Shown here: in pieces, positions 13,606 through 27,380 of the stretch
Layout: the number at the start of each line of letters is the position of its first letter
Numbering within the stretch: the stretch's first letter is position 1
Source of the DNA: Octopus vulgaris
Lineage: Eukaryota
DNA length: 64,000 bases
Direction: 5' to 3'
Assembly (NCBI GenBank): GCA_951406725.2
Contig: OX597828.1
Coordinates: forward strand, 56,234,001 to 56,298,000
Notes under the pieces: model-generated
The model's input: the letters and a program-made list of their open reading frames with translations, nothing else
Told to the model about the DNA's origin: nothing
Database searches by the model: none
Translations under genes and position numbers: made by a program

Positions 13606-14446
13606 TAGACATATATATATATTATACACATGTATGTATATTTGTATATACACACATACACATATATGTGTGCGTGTAAATACATATAAATATATAGATA
13701 CTTACATACATACATACGACGCGTTTCCACTCAGTTTTCGTGAATGCAATTAAATCACAAACCATACGGATTGAATTACAAAACCACGGATTGTAGCTGA
13801 AGGCAATAGACTTAGGCGCTGCACGGTAAGACTGAACATGAAATCTCTGTATTGGAAGAAATCAGAGTCATGCACACTGACATTATTGCAATTCAAGCAA
13901 TCAAAATATTTTATCTATTCGAATTATTCTAAAAAGAAAATAATTGCTTGTGCCGATGGCTGATCAATAGGAGTGAGGCGGGGGATAACCTATTGATCAA
14001 TTTTAATATATTTTTCAGTATTTTTGAGTCACCGATGTGATTAATTACATAAATATTATTCTGCAATATTTACATTCCCTATATTTAATCGAAGCGATTT
14101 TCTATTGACAAGTAAAGATAATGTCAACAGATACTCCACAATCAAAATATATCTAAGTTTTGCTCTACAGCTATATTACATGTAGTTCTCATTAAATTTC
14201 TTTGCGTACTTCCATTTATTATTTCCTTTTAACTTGAAATAAAATGTTAGTGTGCATTTCTTGGATAATCCGAAATAAATCGATAATAGCGTTGTTTGAA
14301 GAAATTTGAAATAATCTTACACGGTTGCACACATATGCACACCTTTGCATATCTTCACACGTGTATATATTTGCTATTATATATGTTAGCAGTAATGAAA
14401 AGTAATGGCAATCAACATTAAATAAACCGCAAATATATATATTCAT

Positions 14447-14760
14447 TTAAAATATAATCTTCATCGTTAGCCATTTTTGTAATTTCTTAGAAAAAACAGA
14501 AACAGGTTCTTTGGTAGAATAAAACGTTTGGATTGTCGTTTTCACGTTATCATAATTTATCAGTGTTTTATTCTTGGTAAATAGGTAATGTGACCTGAAT
14601 GAGTAAACATTTGATGGTGCTAGGTCTAGTGAAAGAGATGGCGGTGTAGATATTCCCATTCCAAAGAATTTATCTTTTCTTGGCCTAAATTTGCTGAATG
14701 TATCTTTGTATTGTCATTTGGCATGATAACATCCTTTCAGCACAAGAGGTACTAATTCAC
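14447..14760 (-). mobile_element. Mariner transposase 3' fragment
   Basis: PPSLSLDLAPSNVYSFRS (YSPDLAPSD-like motif), heavily decayed. Confidence 0.7.
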
Positions 14761-14961
14761 TGTCTCACTGCATATTCCCAATCTGTTTAATATGATCTTG
14801 CAAAGTGGAGCAAATTCTATTTAACCTCTGGGATAATTCAGCAATCCTTCGGCGTAGATCCTCTTTTAATTGCTGTTTTCACTGCATCATTGTTGAGAAT
14901 AGTTGATCTACACTCTAAAGATATGTATGTGTATGTGCGTCTGTGTGTGTGTGTGTGTGTA

Positions 14962-14997
<36 letters not shown>

Positions 14998-16453
14998 CGT
15001 ATACATGCGTCCAGCGTGCGCATGTGTATGCGTGTATTACTATGAGTTCGTGTACGGTTATGGTACTTGGATCAGAAATGGCAACTGTATACCGATGTCA
15101 AAATGGGCTTTTCTTAATGCGGTGATTGTTTAAGGAATTCCTTTTTAAAATTGTAAATTGAGTTGATACCAAGGGCCAGAGAGTAGACATTTAATAAATG
15201 TATGAGCGCCTATACGCACTCTTCCAATGATGCAAAAAAAGATATAGATTCAGGCTATTATAAGCCTGGAACTATATAACGATTGACATCTGTAGATTTG
15301 CAGAGTAGTTTATAGTAAGTTGGTTTTTTTTATATACTTCCAATATTTTTGCTACGAAAAAACAAGCATCTGTTGAACAATCAGGCACTTTTGTCAGACA
15401 TCAAGAGCCATATGTACAGAATATTTACTTTTTTGATTTCTGCAGGTCTTCCATAATTTATGAATTATTTTTAACAAAAATCTGATACTAGAGTAATACT
15501 AGAGTAAAGCTGGGAATTTCGTACATTAAAGTTTTACAAGTATTGCCCTATGAGCTGTGCTTTATATGAACTGTCCTATGAGCTAAAAATCTAAAGTATG
15601 AGGCATATAAGAAATCTTTGCAGAATTGAAAAACAAAGCAATTGGGTGGGAAAATGAAATGGTTAGATAGTGTGCAGAAAACGGTTGTCCCTATGTGGGG
15701 AGAAAGTGCATTGTCTGTAGTGGCATCACTGCACAGTGGACTGCGTTGTGAATATTTAACAGAAATTCGTTCATTCTAATTTGATTAAATAGTGCATATG
15801 TGAAAAGTAGAAAGAAAACATGAATAAAAAAAGAGGAGAAAAAATTAAGTCAAAAAGCTTAACGGAAAGACATTTTATGGCAAATTTGGCATTTCACGTT
15901 TTGAGTGTTGAGTTTTGGTGGGGAAGAGATTTTTTCGGCAGAAATTTTTCGGGGGAGAAAGATTTCAGGGAAACCTTTGCTAGGACTACATTATGCCCAA
16001 ATATGCAAATTAGGTCCTAGATCTGAATTTTGAGTAATTTTTGAGTACCATTAATTACCAGAACCTTCTTACTAAAACCTTGCCAACGAGCCCTCAAACA
16101 CTATCAGGAGATAATGCTCCGTCAAGTTATGTCCAAATCACCACGGAATCAACTATTCAGAGAAAGTTATAAGATCGAAATTCGCCATGATACCAACGTC
16201 TGTCTCTTTTCCATTACATCCAAAATAGTATGTTTAGCCTGTTATATCTCCTTACTAAAGGCCTGAAAGGATGGAAAATAAATGTAAACAGCTTTTTTGC
16301 TACAGGTTATCCTTCTAATTATTGTGCTGGGTCATGTGGTACTCCCACTGTGACTCGAGACTTCATACTCTACACGTAAAAAATGAAGTTTACGAACACA
16401 ACAGGTTGGCGACATCAAGGAGGTATATTTCTTCTATATGTGGATTTCTGGTG

Positions 16454-17167
16454 TTCATCAATATAAGCACGCTTCTCGAAGAAAGCCGACAGAAATTATT
16501 AAAAAATTCCGTTATTGTCATATCGGAGCCGATTTCAGACTTAATTCATAAGAACCTTCTCTTCATCAGTGATAAATGCGGCAAAGAAATAAATAAAATA
16601 CTTACTTATACCCATGGAATATATTTGGGGTACTTAATTGTGCTCATGACTTAGTGTTTGCTTTTGAAAAAAATTGTTATCCTATATTAGACGTAAATTT
16701 AATAGTGTTCACTTCCGGACTCTCTCACTCTATAAGAGTTTTCAGTCCGATCGCACGTTCTCAAATGGGCTGGGGAATTTCTATTTTGGATGTATTTGGG
16801 GTACTTAATTGTGCTCATGATTTAGTGCTTGCTTCTTCCATGGGTATAAGTAAGTATTTCATATAATTCTTTACCGCATTTATCACTGACGAAGAGGAGG
16901 TTCTTATGAATTAACTCTGAAACCGGGTCCGATATGATAATAACGGAATTTTTGAGTAATTTCTGTCGGCTTTCTTCGAGACGCGTGCTTATAGTGATGA
17001 ATTATATGGTTATTGATGATGTGTCTGTTTTCGGCATATTTGGCATTAGAAATTTTTTGCTTTTGCTCTTGTTTATAAGTTGTTTATAAATTTAACCTTT
17101 AAAGGTATTTTTTTAATATGCTGGCTATTGATAAGATTTTTCTTTCGAAAAGTTTATCCTATATTAG

Positions 17168-17170
<3 letters not shown>
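16454..17170. mobile_element. Composite fold-back element (PLE terminal-repeat type) ending at (TA)n
   Basis: Arms 16454-16618 and 16838-17001 are reverse complements. Internal direct repeats at 16620-16663/16791-16833 and TTATCCTATATTAGA at about 16677/17155. Confidence 0.85.
16881..16934 (+). ncRNA. Minimal type-I hammerhead ribozyme
   Basis: TATCA-CTGACGA-AGAG(18 nt)CTCT-GAAAC-CGG-GTC-CGATA. Core CUGANGA/GAAA/GUC intact. A-C mismatch at the base of stem I. Confidence 0.65.
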
Positions 17171-17199
<29 letters not shown>

Positions 17200-17560
17200 C
17201 CTGAAAATTGCATAATAGTAAATTTGAGTCGTGTCGCGTGAAACAATATTCACCCTCTGTAAACTGTAGCCATACGTGTGTTTGTGCGTGTGTATATACG
17301 CTTATGTCTGTGCTATTGTGTGTGTGTGTGCATGCCATTAATTCTTTAATATGATGAATGCAATGTAACATAAAATTTAACAGATAATTCTTTCTTTTTT
17401 GTTCATCACGCCGTGAGCGGAAAGTGTTTCTAAGACACATTTTTTTTAATACATAAGATGGAATAAACATCCTTAGTTCACAGAAGTATTATTTGCTCAT
17501 AGCGATATGTACAATGTAATTTACGAGCAGTGCACGCACCGAAAAAGTGTTAATTATACA

Positions 17561-17801
17561 TATCTACGACGAGTTCATGTCAATCGAAGGTGAGGGGCTT
17601 TCTCCATCCGGGTTGCGGAACCGTGGAATAAGCTGCCGGACGAGATAGTGAAGATGCCGACGACCGCTCGGTTCAAAGTGTCACTTGACCAGAAATGGTC
17701 TGAACTCTTTGTATGACCACCCTCCCTGTACATAACTCCCTGTCCCCTACATGGCCTTCCTTTTGCTTTTTGAGCCAATAAAAATTGAATTGAATTGAAT
17801 T
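17561..17801 (+). mobile_element. 5'-truncated 3' end of a CR1-type LINE related to the element at 50760-54079
   Basis: Aligns to about 53838-54058 (FSIRVAEPWNKLPDEIVKMPTT plus 3' UTR). Ends in an (AATTG)n tail. Confidence 0.92.
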
Positions 17802-18449
17802 CAATAAATTAAGAGGGGAAAGATTCTACACAGTTTTTAGGGTTATATCAGGTGATTGGTAAAAACATTCCTGTATACTAATTCTATATAACATACAGAT
17901 AGATAAACTATCTTTAAAATAAGTATTTGATGTTTCTGGTATTCGATCTACTTTATCTTTTTATCATCGTCGTAGCATTTCCTTTACATTCATTGGCCGT
18001 CTTTCATTGCTGTTACTGTTTTTCTTTCTTCACGATGCTTTTTGCTTTGTAATATTTACAATTTCTTCTGAGATTCTTGCCTATAAACATCGAGGTAAAA
18101 AGAGAAAGAAAACATTCCACATAATTTGTTGAATGATTAATCAGGCTCTCGTGTGAAACAAATTTACAATAACTTTTTTCTAATTACGCTGCCAAATTAT
18201 ACTATTATAACTTGCAACATATTTTGATGGAGTGTCAAAGGAAGATGGAATTTTTTCACATATATGTTTTCTACTCATACCTCTCTCTCTATCTCCCACT
18301 CTCTCCACACTCTGCCTCTCACGTATTTCCATATTTGCTCTCTTCAATTCCATATTAAATTACACTTTCATTGTGTGTATAGATATACACACATACACAT
18401 ATGTATGTATATATAACTATATATATATGCATACATATGTATATATATG

Positions 18450-18508
<59 letters not shown>

Positions 18509-18810
18509 GTGCATGTATTTGTTTCCCGTGCGTGTGTGTGTGTGTTCATTCTTCGTCTTGTCTCTTCTTTGATATTTTTGTTAGCAAACGAAATTTACGC
18601 AACTGTAGTGTTATAAGAGATGGAAAGTAGTTATTTCTTCCAATGAATTTGTGTTTTAAATGATCTCGAAAGCAATAACGACCTGTAAAAGATGTAAATT
18701 TTAATTATAATCAACAACACCATAAATAATCACTAATGATTACACAAAAAAGATAAACAGCATGTGTTAGCTCATCAGACATTTAACAAGGGGAGGCATA
18801 ACATAAGCCG

Positions 18811-18868
<58 letters not shown>

Positions 18869-18869
18869 T

Positions 18870-19830
18870 GTTTGTTAAAATTATGCGTGAAGGTTTGCCT
18901 ATCTTTGCTAATCTTAGCTATTTCATTTGCCATTTCCTTTAATGGTGATTCACTATAAACGCGTTTGACATAAGGATGTACGTAAATATTTGCATGTTTC
19001 CAGTAATCCCTTATGTCAGTACAAATCCGTTTTATCCTTAAAAATTGGGATTTCGGATTGGGCCGATTTATATTATGTTGATGATCAAGCGGCGGTGGAG
19101 ATAAATGTGGGATGACGTGAAGCTTGCAAAATAACTCTGTTACTATTCTGCCTCCAGAAAACTTAAATTTTGTGTCCAAAAATTCAACGCTAGTTTTTTA
19201 AAAAACTAGACGTAAATTTTGTATTGAACTTAAAGCCACAGTTTTTAGAAGAACAGTCACAGAAATGCAAGAATTCAATTAAATTACCCCGTGAATCTTC
19301 CCAGACGAAAAAGACGTCACCAAGGAACCGTAACGAAAGTATTAGTTCATAACCATGAACCAACGAAAGTATTAGTTCATAACCATATCGTCATGAAGAT
19401 ATTAGCGAGATCAACTGCTATGGAAGTAACCTTGGCGCAACCGCATACCTGGTGGTAAAATCTGTGTTCAAGCTTCATTGTGATAATTTATAACACAAAT
19501 CTCAATAATCTACAGAGAAAATTTAGTGGAATACATTTGTTTGACCGCTTTTCGTAGGCATCCATGAATGGTTCTATGCCTTCATCGCGGTCAATATTGG
19601 GATCTACAGAAGAAACATCCACAGTTACCAAAGAACACTTCTTGACATGGTCTCGCTGCTTATAAAGCTGTTGATGTTAGACATAAAATCAAAAGTATGC
19701 TGAATAAAGGAACCTCATCTTTTGGCGACAGGGAGTAGAAAGCCATCTATCCATTTCGAAATCTTGGATGTACGTGGTAGAATGCACGAAAAACAACTTG
19801 ATTTATGTTGGTTGTACAACAGAACACTTT
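18870..19830 (-). mobile_element. Penelope-like retroelement RT relic abutting (TA)n
   Basis: Motifs in order with stops and frameshifts: LVTVDVSSVDPNID..EGI, YHQVCGCAKVTSIAVDLANIFM, RFLGDVFFVW, thumb PKSQFLRIKRICTDIRDY. A 25-bp local duplication lies at about 19332-19386. Confidence 0.85.
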
Positions 19831-20258
19831 AAAAAAATAAGAATTAATAAACACAGTTATGATGTCAGGCACAATAACAGTCATTCGACAGAACTTACCT
19901 AACATTTTGCATCAAGCGGCAACAATTTGAAAAAGACCTGAAAATGCATATTCACAGGAAATTTTCTAAATCTGCTTCACTTTTCACTTCTCAAAGTGCA
20001 TGCAAAGAAAAATCCTTGCCGGTCATTAACATCACGCCCCGGAGGAATGAAAAGAAGAATATAATCGAATTTATACAAAACAATTTGATTAACTATTCTT
20101 TTTTTTCCCCCGTTTCCTTTTTCCTTCCTCTATCATTCTCTCTATTTTCTTTCTTTTTCTTTTCGCCTGTTATAAAATTGAAACTTAAAGACTGATGATG
20201 CTGATGTGTCTTTTATTTCTGAGAGAGAGAGAGAGAGAGAGATAAATAGATAGGTAGG

Positions 20259-20325
<67 letters not shown>

Positions 20326-21231
20326 TGAAAGTGTTGTTATCCTGAGTTTTTGGAGGAAACCAAGTGATCAGGTTCCGAGAACACATGAGTTCTCAATGAA
20401 GATCGTTACAAAGATATATTTTGGGGTCACGCTTCTGTATTTGCGTCATTTCCTCTCCTCTGCGTTACGAACAGCGATATACCGTTAGCGTGATACGAAT
20501 TTTATAGACTTTCATTGTATCTATATTTGCTTCCGCTATCTCTTAACCACCACTGTCAGATTGTTTACGCCTCCGTAACTAAGTTGCTCGGCTAAAAGAA
20601 AAAGATGCGATGAGTATCAGGTAATAGAAAATAAGTTTTGTAGTCTTCAAGACTATGTCGCAACATAGATGCTCTCCAACGATTGAGAGATATAGAAGAT
20701 ACAGATGAAAGATATTTTCTTAAGTGAAATTAATTGACAGCACCACAACTCAGTCACTTATAATGAGAAGGTTTAATATACGCATTCTGCTTGTATTAAA
20801 AGATATTCATATTATAATTTACTTGATTATTAAGTATTTTATGATTCTAGAATTTATTACAATTTATTTTTAAAATAGTTTTAGAAATAATTATTAAAAA
20901 TATTTTAAACGTCAGAACTTGAAAGAGTAAGTTAATTCCAAAGAGATTTAAAGTCAATTTACTGAAGGATGTAACGAAATAATTTAAGCACTCTGCAGAT
21001 TGTGCAAAGTAGCAGATCAATTAACTTCACTACATTAAGTGATGACTAAAATGAATATATAAAAAAGAAATACTGAAATGAGTATCTACTTACTAAATCT
21101 GATGGTACCCAAGCGTTGAGTAATAAGTAACACGAGTTGTGTATATATAAGTTCATTCAATATACATATCTAATTAGTGTTCTGTCATTGAGAGGCCAGA
21201 AATATACAGAATATTGGTCGTACAATCAATA

Positions 21232-21340
<109 letters not shown>

Positions 21341-22198
21341 CTAACTATGTATGTCAAGTTAGAAGTTTTCCATATTTATTTTATTTTATTTACGAGTCCC
21401 TTCGCGAATTATTATTGGACCAACTTATTAAATATACTTCCTTGATCTCTCTCTAATTTTATCACATATGATGCCTCTCGCACTAAACTACCCAATGCGT
21501 CTTTTCATTCTGTAGCTTTTATGAGAATACTACGGACTTGTTTCGTTTCGTAGCTCGCTTGGATCAACTACTTATCTACTTCCATGTAAGATCGTTTCAT
21601 TTTGAAATGATATATCGTATTATCATGTAATATAACCAAGAAATGTGCCATCAAATATATTCTCCAGTTCATGTAATTTCCATCAACTATAGTTAAATAA
21701 ATTTTGCACACACTGTAGCATATTAATTCGAACAGTCTGATAATAGCAATAACAAATGTTTATGTTTTCAATAATTTAGTACTTCTTTCTAGATAAGAAC
21801 TGCCTGGTTATTGTATAATATCTGTGAGTCGAAATAAGAGCCCAAAGCATACATTCAACTCACATTTCTGTTGACGTTGATTATATTGGTTTCCCAATAT
21901 ATATTCTACATATACCAACTGTTACTGTTTTAAACCTATCTGCACAAAAAATATTTAGAAAGGAAATTGAAAGGTCGGTTCTCTTTAGCAATGCAATAAT
22001 ATATAAATACATATGAATATATCTGTTGATGGTTATTTTATGTGAATATATTTGCTGATAGTTATTTTACACAATACATTTGCAGAATGTATTCTATAGA
22101 ATATATCTAGCAATGGTATATTACAGAAAAGTAAACGAGTTAGTATCTATTCAACGGTGATGTCCATTATATATGAGATTTTGCTTTAATTTACACAG

Positions 22199-22285
22199 TA
22201 TATTTACAAGGTAAGCGGTTTTCATAATACTTCATTCATTCCTACAGAATATGGATTTCACATGCCACTTATTTTAAATCAAGTG
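22199..22285 (+). CDS. Candidate 87-nt host exon (YIYKVSGFHNTSFIPTEYGFHMPLILNQV), product unknown
   Basis: Acceptor ttttgctttaatttacacag, donor GTG|gtgagt, open in phase 0-0. No recognised homology. Confidence 0.3.
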
Positions 22286-22699
22286 GTGAGTTTTTCAATC
22301 TATTACCAAACCAGGTGATTGTTGATAATTTATCAAAGCAAGAATGACGAATCGTTTTAGAATTTTAATTTAAGTCGGTTAACAAGATAAAACATGTTGC
22401 AATGAGAGCAAATATTGAAAAAGTAATAAAATGGAAAAAAAAAAGCATTGTTAAAAGTAATTCCACATTTATTAACAACTGTTCAATAATAGCAGAATGA
22501 GTTTTACAAATCTTGCCACTTAATGTCAGTAGTCAACCACTTTCATGCCCATCTCCCTGTTGACTTAAGAGCGATTCCATAAAATGTATATCATACATAA
22601 CATCGCTAAGTAGATTACATTCCAGAATATGAAAAAAATGCGAAATATACAAATATACACATTAAATGAAGAAACCATAACAGAACGCACGCATGACCG

Positions 22700-22730
<31 letters not shown>

Positions 22731-22801
22731 GACACACATATATATATATATGTATACATACATACACACCCATATATGTATGTGTGTATGTGTCTGTGTG
22801 A

Positions 22802-23120
22802 AGGGGCGTAGCTTAGTGGTAAGGGCGTTCACCTCACGATCGTAAGATCATGAGTTCAATTCCCGACGACACGTTCTGTCCTTGAGCAAGCCACTATATT
22901 TTCTGTTGCTCCAGTCCACTCAGCTGACAAAAGTGAGTAGTACCTCAATTTAAAATGGCCGGCCATGTCACACTTTGTTTCACGCTTAAACTCCTGAAAC
23001 CTACGTTAAGGCTACACATATCTGTAGAGTGCTCAGCCACTTACACGTAAATTTAACGAGCCACATTTCCGTTGATCGGAACAAGTGGAAGCCTCGTCGT
23101 CAAAACCAATGGAGTGCCAC
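22802..23120 (+). mobile_element. tRNA-derived SINE family C
   Basis: Head GGGGCGTAGCTTAGTGGTAAGGGCG (A box) ... GAGTTCAATTCCC (B box), then TGTCCTTGAGCAAG...GCTCCAGTCCACTCAGCTG body. Confidence 0.8.
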
Positions 23121-23245
23121 CATTATATATTATCATTTAAGTGAAAGGGACGCATCAATTTCCAAGTGAGTTTATCTTCAGATTTTTGATGTGACGCATT
23201 GCTGTATGTTGTTTTCTTCCTCTTCGTCGTAACCGACAGGTTGCT

Positions 23246-23283
<38 letters not shown>

Positions 23284-23335
23284 ATTTTATAGAAGGAGCT
23301 TCTACAAGACTAGAACTGTTACTCAACCCGGGACC

Positions 23336-23367
<32 letters not shown>

Positions 23368-23548
23368 CTATATAATTAGGGTTCAGCAACGATTTGCTTC
23401 ACCACATACCGAAGTTTAGAAATAGCACTCAAAAAATCTTAGCTATTCCTTCTACTTTATAGGGAGCTCCTAGAAAAACCAAAACACTTGAAAACAAACC
23501 ACGCAGGCAAAAGGGAAAAAATGACGAAAATCATTCTATATTAGGTTA

Positions 23549-23641
23549 CCTACGGACGTACGTTTCGGAATTAAGTCAGTATAAAGCATAAATAGTAAAT
23601 AATTATACCTTACCCGACTATTTTCGTCTCTTCAGCGTAGG
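23549..23641 (-). ncRNA. Type-I hammerhead ribozyme with extended stem II, in a PLE-type terminal repeat (about 23372-23700)
   Basis: Minus strand: CCTACG-CTGAAGA-(62 nt)-GAAAC-GTAC-GTC-CGTAGG. Perfect 6-bp stem I, palindromic stem III ACGTACGT, GUC cleavage triplet. Confidence 0.75.
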
Positions 23642-24143
23642 ATTCCTCAATTATAAATAATTGTATATTAAATTTGAAGTCACTGGAAAATATCTTTTCA
23701 CCTAATTACGAAATCATAAGTACTACTATTTTTAGAGATCTTTTGGTGAGTCCAGTTTCACCTAAGTACTAGTTTTCTCTATCTTATTGTTTATACACCA
23801 AAATACCCCTAAACAAAGATTAATACACACAGCTTACTTTTCTACTTTATTTATTTGCTGATCGACTTCAAGCTCTACGCTGCAAAATGGTATTATTCTA
23901 ATTTATTAAGCCTATTCTTCTTTCGTTTTCTCTGATCATGTTCTATGTACCAGATTGGATGTGCTCTAAAAGATGACAAATATTATTCTCATAATTTCCT
24001 CTGCCAGTACCGACTGACATAGGCAGGAGAAACGGCTGTTAGTAATGCTTTACTTTTGTATTAAGAAAGTAGTAAAGAGATGGTAGTCAATTTGCAGGTT
24101 GATCAAATGTGTTTTCTCCTTCTTTTCTAATTTAAGTTTATAC

Positions 24144-24208
<65 letters not shown>

Positions 24209-24393
24209 TATATACATTATATATACGTATATATGCATATATATACACATACAGATATTCATATATGCATATATAAACACATATATATATATACACACAT
24301 ATATATATATAAATAAATATATATATATATATATATAAATAAATATACATTTATATCTATATATGTATATATATATATACATATATATATGTA

Positions 24394-24450
<57 letters not shown>

Positions 24451-24519
24451 TTGTATAAATATCTATATCTATCTATATATATATATATATATATATACGT
24501 ACTTCCTATATAGGTATGT

Positions 24520-25200
24520 TAAGTTAAAGTTTTGTAGGATAAAATGAGTCTTGCTGAATGATAATTAGGTTGTATGACAATTGGTCCGTATTGTAAGTTA
24601 TGGAGGCATCTATTACGGAGAATGGTGAGTTAGTACAATTCCTTAAAATTCATTGATGGTTGCAAAATAGAGTAATTAGGTGTGTACGTTTAATTGTGTC
24701 GTCTTTAAGCGATAGGGACTAACAAAATTCGATTGTTCGTTGGAAGGTGTATGCTGGTGAAAAATGTGGAACTTGGTTGAAAACCTGTTGGTTTTGCTTC
24801 GATATTAAACATTTCGTTTTGACTGTTAAAGCTTAAGATTTACACCACATTTCAAGCCATTGTAATTAGGTCAGTTTATGTTTTGTATCAGATTTTATGT
24901 AATGGCGTTTTTAAGGGTACGCAAACGAATATATGTTGGTGGCAAGTACTCTGTTTGCAGGGTCTTGTTACTTATGATTTTCAGCTGTCCTTCTTAAGAG
25001 ATAAGTGCTGGTTATTAACTGAGAATGTTCTGTTTGTATTCGCATAGGATATTTGTTAATTTTTACAAATGGATATAGGCAGGTGCGAAAGATATTGGTC
25101 AAAATATTTATCTCTAGGTGCAAATAGTAATCTTGTGAAAGAATGAATTTGTTTTCTTCAAAATTTATTGTGGATTAATTCAGTTTAATGTACAATTGAT
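24520..25200 (-). mobile_element. Highly decayed Penelope-like RT fragment between (TA)n tracts
   Basis: Residual ENKFILSQDYYL, SFAPAYIHL and EAKPTGFQ...FFTSIHLP resemble PLE RT motifs in the correct order. Confidence 0.4.
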
Positions 25201-25233
25201 TTCATTAGAATATAGTAACAAATATGAATATAT

Positions 25234-25287
<54 letters not shown>

Positions 25288-25569
25288 TGTGCGTGTGTCT
25301 GTGTGTCTGTGTGTATGTGTGCGTGCGCGCTCGTTGGTGTAAATAGACAGTGAGATATAGATGTAGCTACCTAACTAGATAGATACATAGATATGCAGTA
25401 TATGAATTGGATGCATGCATATGTTTATGTATTATATAATTATAGATATCCATGTTGGAAATGTATTTCAATTGTCTAACCTCAAATAAGCAACAGAAAA
25501 TATTTTTTATCGGAAAATTTCACCATTAACACTGAATTTAACCTCTCTCTCTCTCGCTCTTACTCACAT

Positions 25570-25925
25570 GGAAAAATACCTTGATAACTATTCCGTAATT
25601 TGGATCAAATTCCTAGAAGATCCGGAAGCATTCAGTACCCTATTCAACAATCTACACTCTAGTCTCAAATTCACAAGGGAAATGGGGAACACACAATCAC
25701 CATTTCTTGAGATAATTGTAATTTAAAAAAAACACCAAAATCAGAAGTGATATTTATTATGGAGCACAGTTACATGCCAGCAACTTACTTTGAAATTATG
25801 CCACCCAACACACACAACCCTAATATCCCGGACTGTCTAGCGAGGAAAATTTGAACTATGGCAAATGATCCAAATACCAGGAGCATACGATTGATAGAAC
25901 TGAAAGGATTTCCACTCAAGAAAGT
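25570..25925 (+). mobile_element. Penelope-like RT palm/thumb fragment
   Basis: KYLDNYSVIW...FNNLHSSLKFTREMGNTQSPFLEIIVI, then SDIYY, CHPTHT, NIPDCLARKI and DPNTRSIRLIELK. Confidence 0.8.
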
Positions 25926-26235
25926 CCATTTTGCCATCGTTTTAACTGACAGCTGTTTAATTTTCCTTATTCGAAATAACCAACTCGATAAGACCTATAA
26001 ACTTTTAAAATATAGAGGGGGTACATTGAGTTATATGCCAAAGTTACTCAAAGTTGTCAGACGCCATTGCTCCTGAAACTACAGTCACAAGCTATTTTAA
26101 CCTGTTCTCGCAAGTAATTAGCAGGTAATTATATGAAGAACCATTTGAGCGAAAAGTGCAATAATACAACATCAAGTCTTGAAATCATCCCAAATGAATT
26201 CTCAAAAAATTCGGAGAAACTTTCTGCTTCTTTAG

Positions 26236-26316
26236 TCAGTTAAGCCTACTTTGAAGGCCCTGAAGTGCTGCTAACTTTTCTTTGTAGCCTTTTAATTTGC
26301 TTTCATAATCTTCCAT
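26236..26316 (-). CDS. Candidate host exon, coiled-coil-like (MEDYESKLKGYKEKLAALQGLQSRLN*)
   Basis: Acceptor tatgctttttttaatgttcag directly precedes the frame. Heptad-like peptide in apparently unique sequence. No recognised homolog. Confidence 0.4.
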   Translation of the reverse strand: MEDYESKLKGYKEKLAALQGLQSRLN

Positions 26317-27380
26317 CTGAACATTAAAAAAAGCATATATTTTTAAGTTTTGGTCGGGAAACGTGGAATATTTTTTTGCTGCCATTAGTTTTCAAGATAT
26401 TTATTTGATTCTTAAAACGCTGAACCATTTTAGCGAGATCGATTGTAATTTTCCTCTCTCATCATTTACCAAAGGTAAATGTCGGATCAGTTGCATTAAT
26501 GTTCTAGCCGCAAGTAATACTTTCTAATTATTACTTTATTGAAAGTTGTAATAATTTAACATGATAGCTTGTCTAAATCTTGCTAGTTAACCGCCATTTT
26601 AAATATATTGTACCACGAAAAATCAATTGGTTTTTCCATTCTTTAGCGGCTCAATAAAGTGTCTAGATACTATGCTTAATTTTGCACATGTCCACATCAA
26701 ATTCACAATTTTTCAAACATCTATGTATGAAGTGTATGAAGTGCTTGTTAGAAAATATGCTCATGGTGGATGACAGTGAATAAAAAGCAATGAAAATAAT
26801 TGGAATCTTATGTCAATGTTCTAACGTATATAAATCTACTTCAACAAGTACTGAATTTTGGAATAGAAACAATTTGTGTAGTGTGATTGTACGTTCAGCA
26901 ACATATCTATAAGTGATGACGACATAGAAATTTGATATGTTACTCTTCGTAGTCCAGGTTTTAAATGCTTTGAACGCGATTTGCCATAGAATTGGAACAA
27001 TTTTGCATTACCAATTCTCTATTTTTTTCAAGGAAGTTGATATCAAGTTCTATTCTAAACTACTGTCAAATCACTTTCCTTAAAATAGAAGAACTGTTTC
27101 TATTGTTGAGCGGGTTAATGAGATTTTAATGTTTTTGTTCTATTTGTTCACGTTAGTATTTCGAAAGGTAATTCGCGCAAGATTAGATGTATGGTGTCAA
27201 TTTAAATTACTGACCGTTAAATCGAAATACAACATTGTTCTCCTATTGTTGAATAGAAATGCTGCTTCTTTGTTCATATTTCCGTTTCTGGTTCTTCTCA
27301 TGTTCCGTCATTTTAAATAATTTTTTTGCAAATGATAAAATTGATCATTGCTTTACTTGAAATTAATACTAAATGTTCAT

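Noticed and set aside
17006-17030. MVID-C-C as a TGF-beta C-terminus after the insertion
   Set aside because: Needs a frameshift, the spacing is too short, and the sequence seems to belong to the terminal repeat.
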